Origin: the human T2T-CHM13v2.0 reference genome, Homo sapiens
Strand: one strand, 5' to 3'
NCBI RefSeq assembly: GCF_009914755.1
Contig: NC_060930.1
DNA: 64,000 nucleotides
The number at the start of each line of letters is the position of its first letter. Positions within the stretch are counted from its first letter, which is position 1. The position numbers were made by a program, and so were the translations under genes. Shown one piece after another: positions 46,860 to 60,455 of this stretch. The notes under the pieces were generated by a model. The model worked only from the letters and a program-made list of their open reading frames with translations. It was not told where the DNA came from and searched no databases.

Positions 46860-47190
46860 GGCCTGGCGTGGTGGTTCATGCCTGTAGCCCCAGTACTCTG
46901 AGAGGCTGAGGTGAGAGAATCGCTTGGGGCCAGGAGTTTAAGACCAGCCTGGGCAACATAGCGAGACCCTATCTCTAAATTTTTTTTTTAATTAGCTGGG
47001 TATGATGGTTCATGTCTGTAGTCCCAACTATTCAGGAGGCTAAGGTGGGAGGATCACTTGAGCCCAGCAGGTCAAGGCTGCAGGGAGCTATGATCACTGC
47101 CCTCCAGCCAGGGTAACAGAGCGAGACCTTGTCTCCAAAAAAATATAAAATAAAATAAAATAAAATAAAATAAAATAAAATAAAATAAAA
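46860..47190 (+). mobile_element. AluJ with (TAAAA)n tail
   Basis: Dimeric Alu. Confidence 0.93.
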
Positions 47191-47726
47191 ATTAACATAC
47201 AAAGAATTAGAAACAAGAAATTTTTTCTTTTAGTCCTGTCTTTATTTTTTTCCCACTCTTTCTGGTTTTCATTTCAAATACATAAAATTCCTAAGGGGCT
47301 CAGGACCACAGAGCTTTTGCCTGCCTCGTTGGATTGTACACACTGCAGCCCCACTGCACAAGGTTCTTCCCTGGTCTCCCTCCCACACCCCTCCTGAACA
47401 TACATACAATTGGCCTATTTATACCCTCACATTCTGTTAGCCTTCAGCTCTTTCATTCCCTTCTCCAACAACCTTCCCCAACCTCTCTCGCCCTATCTAA
47501 TAAACACCTGATACCTTTTTCTTCATAGAATTTACCAGTGTAGAATCACATTTGTATCTGTGGAGTTAGCTGATTATCACGTGCCTACCCTGGTCTGTAA
47601 GCCTCAGGAGGGCAGGGCTGGGTCTGATTTGCTCACCAGTGTATCCCCTGTGCCTGTCACATAGCAGGCACCCAACATTATGAAACGAAGTGAAAGAATA
47701 CTTGTCCCACAGACAGTTTTCTTTAC

Positions 47727-47839
47727 CCGGCTTATAGTGTCTTCATCAGCTCCATTCACTCTCAGCCAGTCGGTAAGTTCAGAATCTTCAGTATTTGTGC
47801 CAGAAGAATTTAGATGAAATACAGGCAATTCAGGAATTT
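47727..47839 (-). CDS. MAP3K5: MAP3K5 exon, (E)IPELPVFHLNSSGTNTEDSELTDWLRVNGADEDTISR
   Basis: TTCTAG|AA...CGG|GTAAAG, 113 nt, phase 1 to 0. Confidence 0.97.
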
Positions 47840-48696
47840 CTAGAACAGAATTTTGGGAAGATATTCTTAATTTCACCTAACAGAGGTCATCTGAGACCCT
47901 CACAATCAACAGACATTTATTGATACTTTAAAAGATTTTGCTCTATCAGAGAACAGTTCATAGAAACAATTGAGATTGGCAGTATAGATGATAATATGAA
48001 TAAAACTCAGAGAAGTGAATTTACTAGTAAATAAGGAGCAAAAGCAATAATGAAATGACACTCCTACGTTACACTTTCATATCAATTTTATGGTTTCTTA
48101 GAATAAACTCTGTGCACCAAAATTAGACTTTGTGTTTTTCATGCAATAAAGATGAATACAATTAGCAGAGAACTATATAATTATCATAATCTCTTTTTCC
48201 ACTATGAAAGAGCCACATATCTAAACAAATAACTATGAATTCTGTTTTCCTCTAAATGGGCTAAATAACATTCTCCCCAGCTATGCCTTTTTACTACTAC
48301 ATCTTTATTCTATTTAAGCCTCTTCAAATTATAAGGAAAAAGGCTAGAATACACAGAATATAAATGCAAAATGACAAAAAATAGTATTATTTATTCTAGT
48401 AAGCTCATTGTGAAATCTTTAAAAATAAAGACTAAAAACAGAGAGCCCTGTTTACCTCAGTAATACATAATCTCAGGAAAAGATGATTATGAATAATCTA
48501 TTTTTACTGCACTTATAAGAAATGAGTTTGCTACAGTTAAAAACTGGATTTTTTTTTTTTAAAGGAATTCCTGCTTGCAGTCATGGTAGAAGTGAGAAAT
48601 GCTGACTTAGCCACAAATAAAACTTCCTGTTGGCTTTCTTGGCTTTTTGTGGCAGCCTGGCTGAACAGTATTACTATAAAACTTTCTGCTATTCAC

Positions 48697-48809
48697 CTAT
48701 GGGTTGGGACTTAAGCTTCAGGTGTTTAATTTCTTGGTCTTTTTCTTCAATAGCTCGATGAAGGAGTGCTTGTAATTCTTTCTCTTTCCGAACCAATTCT
48801 TCCAGTAAT
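48697..48809 (-). CDS. MAP3K5: MAP3K5 exon, (R)LLEELVRKEKELQALLHRAIEEKDQEIKHLKLKSQPI (C-terminal coiled coil)
   Basis: CTGCAG|A...ATAG|GTGAAT, 113 nt, phase 2 to 1. Confidence 0.97.
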
Positions 48810-48860
48810 CTGCAGAAGAAAAATATATTGTTTGACAGGAGGTGACACAGGGTGACCTTC

Positions 48861-49177
48861 TTTTTTTTATTTTTATTTTTTTAGATACAAGGTCTCTCTC
48901 TGTTGCCTAGGCTGAGTGTAGTGGCCCAATTATAGCTCACTGCATCCTTAAACTCTTGGACTCAAGCGATCCTCCCATCTCAGTTTTCCAAGCAGCTGGG
49001 AATACAGACATGCACCACCATGCCTGGCTAATTTTTTTTTTTTTTTTTTTTGTAGAGACAGAGTCTTGCTATGTTGTCCAAGCTGGTCTCTGAACTCCTG
49101 GCCTCCAGTGGTCTTTCCACCTCAGCCTCTCAAAGCTCTGGGATTATAGGTGTGTGCATGTGCCACTGTGCCAGGCC
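48861..49177 (-). mobile_element. AluJ
   Basis: Reverse Alu, TSD TGACCTTCT. Confidence 0.93.
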
Positions 49178-50134
49178 TAGGATGACCTTCTAGACATGAG
49201 CTATAATAAGCACATACACCCCTAATTTTATTGAAATACAGATACTGGTCCAGTGCCCCGGGGGTGAGTTCTGAGACTGTATTTATAATGAGCTCCCAGA
49301 TGACACTGATGTTGCAGGTTCACAGACCCTCAGGTCCAGAAGCTAAGCTTTGGAAGACTGTGCTTGCCGACAAGAATTCAAAACCTCCACCACAGATTGT
49401 CTGCCAAAATCTTCAGAGATGTGTCCTGATATTTCTTGTTATGACCATAAATGTCAAAGATATAAATATGGGATACAGATATTAACAGGCCTATATTTTA
49501 CATGTATGGACCCCCATTAAAAAAAGTTGGCAAATGTGCATAATTTCATAATCAATGCAAATCAGAAAAGTAATCACTTTTTGTAAACTATGAAAATTTG
49601 AGAAACAGTCATAGGTGAGGTCGCCTAGAATATCTGGCATATAACAAATTCTCAGTAAATGTTCACGGTTGTTGCTACAATTGTGATTGTTACTATTATT
49701 CCTCTTCCTTCTAAGGGGGCGGGGGTGAAGTGGGTAAAAGGATAGCTGTGTTCCTGGTACATTCAGTTCCTAGTTGGCATCTGATGCAGTCTCCAAAGAA
49801 ACAAGGAGAAACTGTGATATTCATACCAAAGTTCTTACCCATAGAAGGTTCACTATGCAACTGAGAACCAACTGGTAACCTACTCACCATTTCCAATAGA
49901 ATTTCTCAAAGAAAACATTCCAAGTTATGAAAAGAGGTGCTCTAATTTTTTAGAAAAGTATCTTAATGTAAGTTGGATTCAGAAATAATAATTTAAAATA
50001 TATCGTTATTAAGATTATCAGGATAAATCGTTGCATAAACTACAGCTCTTAACAAACTCTATTTGTTTCATTTTCTGAGTATTGATAGATTTAACTCAAG
50101 AGTTTGTTTCTGCTTCACTTGACATAATCTGAAG

Positions 50135-50345
50135 GCAGCATCGTGCAACTGACAGATCTGGGCTTGTGTCCTGGTTCAACCCTGCACTTCCTGTGTTAAC
50201 CTTAGATAAATTACCTAATGCCTCCAGGCTTCAGTTTTCAAATCATTTGTAAAAAAGAAAACTAAAGCTTCCAGAAAAGATTATTGTGAGCATTAAATGA
50301 GACAGCATAGGTACAGTGCCAAGTCAGTGTCTGGTCTTTAATAAG
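50135..50345 (+). mobile_element. MIR SINE
   Basis: CCTGGTTCAA...ACCTTAGATAAATTACCTAA...GTGAGCATTAAATGAGA. Confidence 0.75.
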
Positions 50346-50891
50346 GGATGTTCTGTTCCTTGCTACCTCAGTCCCTGGAAAAGAGCCTTTCCAGGACTCA
50401 GTGGGAAGGAAACCTTCCCAGACCCCCAGGCTCGACCCCATTCCCACAGGACATAAAGATGAGATCCTCAGAGAGAAGGGATCACAGCAGAGTAGGTAGC
50501 AGAGGTGGGACAAAAGTAAAACACAATAAGAGGTAGACAGAGAAGGTGGGTGGAGGAAAATAAGTTAACAAAGACAGCTGCAGGGTAAGTGTGGTGCACA
50601 ATGAGGTGGATGAAGCAGCATGAACTGAAAGCTAGAAGAGGGAGCACAGGGTCTTGGAGGGAGGCTTCTTATCTCTTTCAAAACAAATATTATCCAAAGA
50701 AATGGGCAGGAAGCTCTGTGTGAATGTTTAAGTTGGCAGTTTTTTGATCTGGTATGTATTTTTGTCCTACTTGCTAATTTATACGTATAAGACAGTGATG
50801 GTATCTTCTTACTGTTTTCTCAAGGAACACAGTGATGTTTTCTAGAGTTTAACCTATGTTTGTCTAGACTATGTAATTTCTTTTTATCTTT

Positions 50892-51307
50892 TGTTAAAGT
50901 GAATGAAATATGGCCTGAGAAGGACTCCGTACTTGCATATTTGAGTCCTCGTGGACAAACTATAACTTAACAGGTAGACAAGATTGAAAACCTAACTTAG
51001 GAGTATGCGTCTATAACAATAGCTGAGTCTTGGCTAATCCCAGGAGCCATACTTCAACCACTCATACACTGCTGAGTGTTCAAATAAGGTGAACGCCAAC
51101 CCATAACAAATCCAGCTCTTTCTGCACACTTCTGATTTCTGTACGTCACTTTACTTTTATTTTCTATAAATTTGTTCTGGCCACGAGGCATCCCTGGAAT
51201 CTCTCTGAATCTGCTGTGATTCTAGAGGCCACCTGATTCACAAACTATTTTTTTCTTTTTCAATTAAACTCCATTAAATTTAATTTGTCTGAAGCTTTCT
51301 TTTAACA
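50892..51307 (+). mobile_element. MER57A-type ERV1 solo LTR
   Basis: TGTTAAAG...TATGGCCTGAGAAGGACTCCGTAC...CTTTTAACA; TATAAA and ATTAAA retained. Confidence 0.85.
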
Positions 51308-51625
51308 CCTTAAACACCAGAACTTCAACACTGGAAGCAGAGTATTGACAGCCCACCTCATTTGCTCCGAATCCAGCTCTTAGAAGTATTTATCTTAAGA
51401 ACAATCCAGTACATCAATTTTATTTTTATTTTGTGTTTATTTAGCAGGGCAATATTTTGAAATCAAGGCAACTGTCTGCCTTTCTGTTCCAAAAAAGTAT
51501 GGCAGGATCTGCCATGAGGTCAATTTTTAACCTTGGATGGGCAGGGGTGATGAGGTGGATTGGTGGGTAATTCCAGAACTGTAGGATGGGGAAATTAAAT
51601 AAACAGGCAGCTCCTCTTGAGACAG

Positions 51626-51735
51626 GTTTTTGTTTTTGTTTTTGAGATAGGGTCTTGCTCTGTCACCCAGGCTGGAGTGCAATGGTGCAATCATGGCTCA
51701 CTGTAGCCTCAACCTCTTGGGCTCAGGTGATCCTC
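51626..51735 (-). mobile_element. Alu right-arm fragment
   Basis: Reverse Alu 3' end. Confidence 0.88.
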
Positions 51736-53824
51736 CAAGCAGGATAAACCTGATTTCCCTTCATCAGTGATCATCCTAAATATTCTAAGCTTACAATTTT
51801 TAATATGAGAGCTACAACCTTTCCTGAAAACACACTAACATTTCCTCTAGATTCATTTTGCGGTAGGTATGCCTTTATATTTCAGGTAATATTCAACTGA
51901 AAATTAGAAGGACCAATATGGACAGGACTGGTCCCTTATTTCAATTACTTGGTTTTTGTACTAAAGCAGCTGTCCTTTCTTCAAATCATGCATGAAGCAA
52001 ACATCGTCCCTCATCTCACTTTTCTGTGGGTGATGGAAAGCCGTGGGAGATATTACTGAAAAAGGAAAAACGAGGCTGATTATCTGTAGATTTCACAGAC
52101 TCAAATGTAAATATGCAGAGGAAAAAGCGTAAATGTGTGGGTTGTTGTGACATACTAATGTAATAAAGAAATGTGGGTAAATACTAGTCTTTTCAACAGA
52201 GATGGGCAGATGTGAGAAGCAGGCCCTCAGCTAGAACCAAGAGACACTCAGAAGAGAAAGGGGAAGCTGTGAAGAAAGCGGCCGGAAGCCCTCAGGGACT
52301 GCAGATGGCCCAAGCATGGTAGACAGACAGTGGCGCCAGGGTGGCGAGCACAACGCTAACCAAATAGGCCAAGGAGAGAAGGAAAAGGACTTGTGTCTAG
52401 GCTGCATTAGGAGAGGCAGGTCCTATTGACACAGCCAGGTGTGTAGACAGGAGGTTTCAGGGCCAGAAAAGCAGATATACCAGCTCTTTGGTAAACAAAG
52501 TAGTTTTACTATCTGCGTAATTCTAACCAGAAGGCATGGGTGGGAGGAGGTCAACCAAAACAGTAATGAGTGAACTTTCCTCCTCCAGAGATCACAGCAG
52601 GAGTCCAAAAAACACCACCACTCAGGACTGGGCAACAGAGAGTAACCTAGAGATAAGTGACTAACATGGACACCTTCCATAACGATGGGGTGTTATCCTT
52701 GGACTCTTGCTTGAGAAGAGGAGGAATGAGGGAAACCAAGATTTCCATGAAGTCTCAGAAGAGAAAAGACCCAAGTTCTTTCCCACTAAATAGTAGAGAT
52801 GGCAAGAGCTGGGTTTCAGAGGACAAAATTGGGATATGAAAGTCAGAGAGGCAATCTCCCTTTATTAAAATAAGACTGCTCTATGCACATCATAGAAGAT
52901 GTGTCTATATGGATTTACTTAACAATGCAACCAAATTTCATGTTTCTGAATATAGGATGAGCTTTTACCACTTGTACTCATTTTGGTATACAAGCTTGCC
53001 TTTAAAAACCTAAACTTTATGACTGGAAATAAGATATTTTTAATCTCCCTGGTGAATAACTAGCATTTTCAATTAAGGTTTCTAAATATTTGAACAACTT
53101 TTATTGATTCGCTTAAAAAAAAGTTTTTAATGCAAACCCAGAGTCATAAAGTCAGTTTCCCACATGTCAACTGTAGGCAGCACAGGAAGCTATAAATCAT
53201 AAAAATTCAGACCTTGAACTGTACCAACAACATCTGCAAAGAACAGGGAACATTTGCTGTTAATAATCTGATCCTGTGGGTTCTATGCTAGCAAATTATC
53301 AAAGGCAAATTATACTCCAGATATGTTACAGCATATCAAAAATAAAATAGAATCATAAATGTGGTCAATTATCTTCCTTTTTAGGTTCTAAAATACAAAT
53401 CTTTAGCACCATTAATTAGTTTTGTTCCCTCGACCTCAGTGATCTTCCTCTCCTATAAAGACTTGACTGGGCTTTCAAAAACATGAGCTTTCTGTTCTTT
53501 TCAGCTATCTACTGGAAGGTACATGCTGCTCTGAGCCTGTTTCTTAGACAGTCTATGAGGCTACAACGAAGCTATTGGAAAAATCTTAGGGCACCTGGAG
53601 ATGAAGAAGTAATCAAATGCCGCTGAAAAAGGCTTAAACTGGTAGAGGCAGAAAGTGGTATTTGACAAAAGAGGCTAAACTAAACTTCTCTTGTTTTATA
53701 AAGAAAGGCATTCAATCAAGTTTCCATGAATGGGATAAGGGAATCATATTCTGTAGACCAAAAACACATGCTCTTTAGTAAAAGTAAAAGAAAAGAAACC
53801 AACCCACGTCAGTGTAGGACTTAC

Positions 53825-54068
53825 CTATTGGTTTCTATTTTCATCCTTCCAAGCTGTACATTCAGTGACCGGTGAGCACTCTGGGAATCATGAGACACAG
53901 TAGAACTGAGCGTGCTCACGCCTGAGGTAGCCACAGCATCTTCAATGACAGCCTGAGGTCTTCGGACAGTTTGATTTGAAGGCTGTTCCTCATGGTCATC
54001 TTCTACATCCAAGTCTTCTTGATCAGCAGTATCACTCTCAGATGCAAGGCTGAAATGTGGCCTTAGTT
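53825..54068 (-). CDS. MAP3K5: MAP3K5 exon, (E)LRPHFSLASESDTADQEDLDVEDDHEEQ...QLGRMKIETN(R)
   Basis: AAACAG|AA...AATAG|GTAAGT, 244 nt, phase 1 to 2; frame continuous with the four downstream exons. Confidence 0.97.
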
Positions 54069-54786
54069 CTGTTTGGCATAATATCAGTGGTAGTGTTTAT
54101 AAAATATGACTCATTGCCTTAATTTCTTAAGATATGAATGCTACCCTCCTGCCCCACCGTCAATAAGATATATATTCCAAACTGCTTTTCCAAAAGTGAG
54201 GATGGATTTCTGTAGACTCAGATTTGTTCTTCTATTGAACTTGCAAAATTCACAAGATATGATCTAATTCAAACAGAAGGAAAGAATGATCTAATTCAAA
54301 CAGAATGATTTAATTCAAGAATGATCAATACATAGTCACATTGCACATATGTGGGGAAAATGCTAGGAATCTGAAAGAAAGGTAAAGATGTAAAAACCTT
54401 TTAAGAATATTTAAAAGTGTTTATACAAGTAAAGTTCATTTTCAGATTACATAATATCTGACAACTATTAACTTGCTTACAGATAAGGAAAGTGAGCTAT
54501 ACAGAGATTATATAAACACACGTGAATATGCAGAATGCTTTCTGCCTGTAACATCCAAAATGTAAGGGGATACAGGGCAGGTGCTGAAAATGCCACACGC
54601 AGGCTGATACTCACATTAGTAAGACTATCTCTCTTTGACTATTGGGCCGATTTCTAGTGTGTGTTCTCCTCTAACCTGTTGACTAACCATTGAAATTTAA
54701 ACCATAGAAGTTACAATTTTCCAACTTAAACATACTATATAACATGAGATCACCTGCATGTCAGTTTAGAACTTGGATGATATTGT

Positions 54787-55075
54787 GGCTGGGCACAGTG
54801 GCTCACGCCTGTAATCCCAGCACTTTGGGAGGCCAAGGCAGGCATATCATGAGGTCAGGAGTTTGAGACCAGCCTGGCCAACATAGTGAAACCCCATCTC
54901 TACTAAAAATACAAAAATTAGCCGGACATGGTGGCACGCTACTTGGGAGGCTGAGGTAGGAGAATCACTTGAACCCAGGAGGCAGAGGTTGTGGTGAGCC
55001 GAGATCATGCCACTGTACTCCAACCTGGGCAACAGAGCAAGAGTCTGTCTCAAAAAAAAAAAAAAAAAAAAAAAA
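54787..55075 (+). mobile_element. AluS
   Basis: 17-bp TSD AACTTGGATGATATTGT. Confidence 0.95.
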
Positions 55076-55087
55076 CTTGGATGATAT

Positions 55088-55998
55088 TGTAAACCAAAAA
55101 TAAAATTCTAAGCCCCCCAACTGACTGAAGAACCACCTACCCCCAGGCCAAGGGGATCCCCAAAAAAACCTGAAAAAACTAGTTCAGGCCATTATGGGAA
55201 GAAAGGTCAGATATTCCTGGTTATACCTCCTCCCTTTGGAGTTTAGGCACAACTGACCAGCATTACCATTAAAATAAAGATCATAAGGCTGACAAAACAG
55301 ACTCTTTGTAGCAATAAGATAACAAATTCCAACCTGACTCTAGTATAGCATCCCATGACAAACAACAGGCCATAAAGGAAGTCAAAGTATTTTGCCCCAA
55401 AATATATTTCTCTGACATATTTTGGAACGGTCCTGCAAAGTCATCACTTGTGGGGGAAATCTGCATTCTGTAGAGAATCCCCTTCCCTTTCCAGGTCTTT
55501 TCCTGATCCATGAGAGATTCAACTAAGAGTCTCACACTTTTTAAGGTCCAATAAGAGATTTTACCATCTATTCTCTCTGTAGCTTGTTACTTAGGGGCTT
55601 CATCTACATAATAAGAACCTTGGCTTCCACAATAGCCCTTATCTTAACTCAAGCATTTCTTTATGCTGACTTCAACTCTTCAGTCAAAGCTTAACTCTTT
55701 CAACCAATTGCCAATCTTTGAATCTACCTATGACCTGGGACCCCAACCACTTCCCCACCTCCCAATCCCTGCCAGATGTCCTGCCTTGCTGGGCTGAACA
55801 TCTACCTTACATATATTGCTTTATGTCTTTGCCTGTAACTTCTGTCTCCCTAGAAGTATACAACCAAGCTATACCCCAACTGCCCTGGGTACATGTTTTC
55901 AGGACCTCCGGAAGCTCTGTCACAGGTCATAGTCACTCATATTTGGCTCAGAATAAACTTCTAAATATTTTACAGAGTTTGGCTATTTTTTGTCAACA
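55088..55998 (+). mobile_element. MER4D-type ERV1 solo LTR
   Basis: TGTAAACCAAAAATAAAATTCTAAGCCCCCC...TGTCAACA, 4-bp TSD ATAT, AATAAA near the 3' end. Confidence 0.85.
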
Positions 55999-56824
55999 AT
56001 ATCTTCCCATAAGAAAAAATATTACAAATTGTAATTAAATCCTTAAACTTGGTCCACAAAAAGGAATTACAGTCATAATTTAAGTGAAATCAAGGTAGCA
56101 GAAATATTGAATTTTCACTCCATATGCTTCGGCACATAGAACATTTATCGGATCATGGAACCTACTAAAAATCTGATGAAAGTCATAAAAACTCTCCCCA
56201 GAAGAAAACACATACATGCAACATTTTGCCTAGATTTCCTCGTTTTACCTAGATTTTGCTATATTTGCACAGATTCCCTGAAGCCTCTCCCGAGTCCATG
56301 AACCACAGGTTAAGAGCCCGTGTGTACAGGAGGGGAGTCCATTGGGAGCAATGGAGGACCCCATCCCACCATTCGTATATGGGCACTTTGGCAAGGTCAC
56401 CAAAGGCCTGCCAGCCAAATCCTCTAGGTACCTTTTTATATTTACCCTATTTGATCTGTGGACAGTATTTTCCTCTAAATCTCTGGCTGCTATTTCTCTT
56501 CTTCAGAGCCTTTTTATCTACTAACTGCCCACTTTTAAGCTGGAACCTGGGATTCTATCCTTCACTTTTTTATGTTTCTACTTTTGCTCCATAGATGAGC
56601 TCATTCAACTCCACGAAGGTTAAGTATTTCAGATGTGTGGATGACAAACTCTACACCTCTAGTCCCGGTCCTGTAACATCTAGAACATCCTGGACATTAC
56701 TGTTCGGTAGGCACCTTAAAGTCAACAATCTAAAGAGAACTCATCATCTTTTGATCATAACAAAAACCAGAGTGTCCTTTTTCAAGGCCCAGTTTACATA
56801 GACCTGGCTTTCTTTATCCCTCTT

Positions 56825-58102
56825 TTAAAATTCTGTATAGTGGTTTTAAAAAGTGCATAACAGAAAATTTACCATCTTAACCATTTCTGAGTACACAGTT
56901 CAGTAGTGTTAAGTATACTAACAGTGTTATGCTACCAATCTCCAGAATATTTTCATTTTGCAAAACTCAAACTCTGCCCATCAACAACTCCCCATTACTC
57001 CCTCTTCTCAGTTTCTGGAAACTACCGTTCTACTTTCTGTTTCTATGAATTTGACTACTCTAGACACCTCACGTTTATAGTTACAGGAGACAGATAAATT
57101 CCTAGGCAGACAGGGATTGATCTCCAGTGAAACCTGACCTTCAAACCAAGGACAGTTTAAAGCCTGAGAAGCAAGCTGCCAATTCTGGAGAGAGTCCACA
57201 ACCAGAGTGAGAACATCTATCCCCATTTTACCCACTCTCTCTCAATTGGTTCCTTCTGAATGATGTCTTTTAACCAATCAAATGGTGCTTTTTCCAAGAC
57301 CTCCCATGGACCAATCAGCATGCACCCCCCTATTCTAAGCCCATAAAAACCCCAGACTCAGCATCACAGATGGCTACCCAATTTCAAGTCCCCTCTCAAT
57401 GCTGAGAACTTTCTTTCTGTCACTCAATTAGATTCTACTCTGCTTTACTCACTCTCCAATGTCCGTGTACCTTATTCTTCTTGGTCACGGGACAAGAACC
57501 CAGAACTCACTGAACTGTGGGAGTGAAAGGGATGTAGCACTCCTGCTCGCCAAGCTGTCAGCGGCAGGAGTAATACAGCTGTAACACTCCCTCCCACTTG
57601 TCGAACAATGGGAGAGAATAAGCCACTGGGTGCCACTCCCTCCCACTTGCTGAACTACAGGAGTGAAAAAACCATAAAATTATGGAATCATATACTATTT
57701 GTCTTTTTGTGACTGGCTTATTTTACTTAGCATAATGCCCTCAAAGTTCATCCATGTTGTAGCATGGGTCAGAATTTCCTTCCTTTCTAAGGCTGAATAA
57801 TATTCCATTATATGTATACACCACATTTTGTTTATCCATTCATCTGTTGCTAGATACTTGGGTTGCTTCCACCTCTTGGCAATTGTAACTAGTACTGCTA
57901 TGAATATGAATGTGCAAATGTCTCTTTGAAATCCTTCTTTTAGTTTTTTTGAATATACACCCAGAAGAGAAATTGCTGGTTCACAAGGGTGCTTTCTTCT
58001 ATCTTTAATTTCTGAGGAGCCATCATACTGTTTTCCATAGTAGCAGTACCATTTTACATTCCCAACAACAGTGTACAAGGATTCCAATTTCTCCATGTCC
58101 TC
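56825..58102 (-). mobile_element. L1M 3' end / ORF2 C-terminal remnant interrupted by an LTR
   Basis: ORF 57695-58096 translates as the L1 ORF2 C-terminus (IAKRWKQPK, WINKMWCIHIMEYYSA). Confidence 0.9.
57077..57680 (+). mobile_element. ERV1-class LTR (LTR9/MER61-like) nested in L1
   Basis: AATTCCTAGGCAGACAGGG, two CCAAT boxes, CATAAAA TATA-like box, internal repeats ACTCCCTCCCACTTG; subfamily uncertain. Confidence 0.7.
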
Positions 58103-58458
58103 ATGCTTTATCTCTTAAGGCTAACCAAACTTCACCTCTACTCTATCTCATCTCTTATTCCAAAATCCCATTTCTTAATTTATTGATAGTACGGTAGGAG
58201 TAAGTCAAAATCATGTGTTTTACTTTTGTAAACCCAGCGCTGATTGCAGGGGCTAAACGTATTAGGTCTTCAAAAACTGTTGGCAGAATGGAAGAGTATT
58301 CCTACTAGGGTTATTTGGTTATTTGTATTTAGAAAGCAATAAAATAACTTAAAAATAATTTAAGAAAGTGTGATTCTAGATTAAATTAGAGGACAAGATT
58401 AGACCTTTTACAACTTTCTATAATTATTCTTCAATTTATTTCATGATTTCTAAACTGA

Positions 58459-58750
<292 letters not shown>

Positions 58751-59204
58751 CTAAACTGAAAGGTTTGTAGTCCTGTTGACTATAATCTCACTTTTAGGGA
58801 AGGAAAATTTATAATCCTATTATATTTAAATATCCTCTTAATTCTGTAAACTTTAAATTATCATTTTACGTATGTATATATGACGTAAAAAATTCTCTGA
58901 ATTAATTTAAAGAAAGTAGAAACTTGTAAGTTCATGCAGTGCTTTGTTATTTTGGTCTTTCATGGTGGTTCCCTGAGTGCATGTCATCAGATTAAACATT
59001 GTAAAATATGCAAATGACACAGAACATCTGGTTCTTTTTCTCAAAGAGATGACAATCTAAAGGAGAACTAGGGCAAATACACAGAAGAGCGCTGAGAGCA
59101 CATTGAAATATAACATGAAATTATAAGCACAAATTAATACAGCTACAAATATCTCAGATTATCTCAGGTATAGACCTAGTTATATATATAATTCACATGT
59201 ACAC

Positions 59205-59712
59205 TGAGATGGTTAATTATATATGTCAACTTGACTGGGCTAAGGATGGCCAGATAGCTGGTAAAACATTATTTTGGATGTGTCTGTGAGGGGTGAGGGT
59301 GTTTCCAGAAGAGATTAGCATTTGAATCAATGCACTTAATAAAGAAGATGGCCCTCTCCAATGTGGGCAGGCATCATCCAGTCCACTGAGGACCTGAATA
59401 GAACAAAAAGATGGAGAAAGGGTGAATTCTCTTTCTCTCTTCTTGAGCTGGGACATCCACCTTCTCCCGCTCTTGGATATCAGAGCTCTTGGTTCTCAGA
59501 CCTTCAATTTCAGTTGGCTCCCCTGGTTCTCAGGCCTTTGGAGTCAGACTGATTATACCACCAGCTTTCTTGGTTCTCCAGTTTACTGATGTTATATGGT
59601 AGAACTTCTCAGCCTCCATAATCACATGAGCCAATTCCCATTATAAATCTTCTCTTATATATCTCTATGTATCCTATTGGTTCTGTTTCTTTGAAGAACC
59701 CTAACACATACA
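59205..59712 (+). mobile_element. MLT2B-like ERVL LTR
   Basis: TGAGATGGTTAAT..TGTCAACTTGACTGGGCTAAGG...CCTATTGGTTCTGTTTCT. Confidence 0.85.
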
Positions 59713-60110
59713 TGTAGTAAGAGTGCTAAGGGGTAAATAAAGTACATTTGCAGTGACTGAATCCAGTGGTAGTTTACTCACTCACTAAGGGATTCATGGA
59801 GGCTGAAGGGCCTATGCAGAGTTCTGGGGGAGGGGAGCCTTGGCTTGATAGAGAAAGAGGGAAGTGTATTTGAAAGAATGAAGCTCAAACGATGGCCCAG
59901 GACCCTCTGAGAACAATGTAAAGCAGAGGGGACTGTCAGGAGACAGCCATGTGTCAGGAGAAAGACTGGGACTCAAGGGGGCCTTAAAGCCCATGAGTGG
60001 AAAAGTGGAGCCAGTGCATTGTTTCCAAACCAGCAAGATGGGATCAACAACAAAACTATTCCCACCCAAATGGTTACTTCCCCAGAGGAAGGAAAATAAC
60101 TAGACCAAGT

Positions 60111-60455
<345 letters not shown>

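Noticed and set aside
57695-58096. 133-aa ORF
   Set aside because: L1 ORF2 C-terminal remnant
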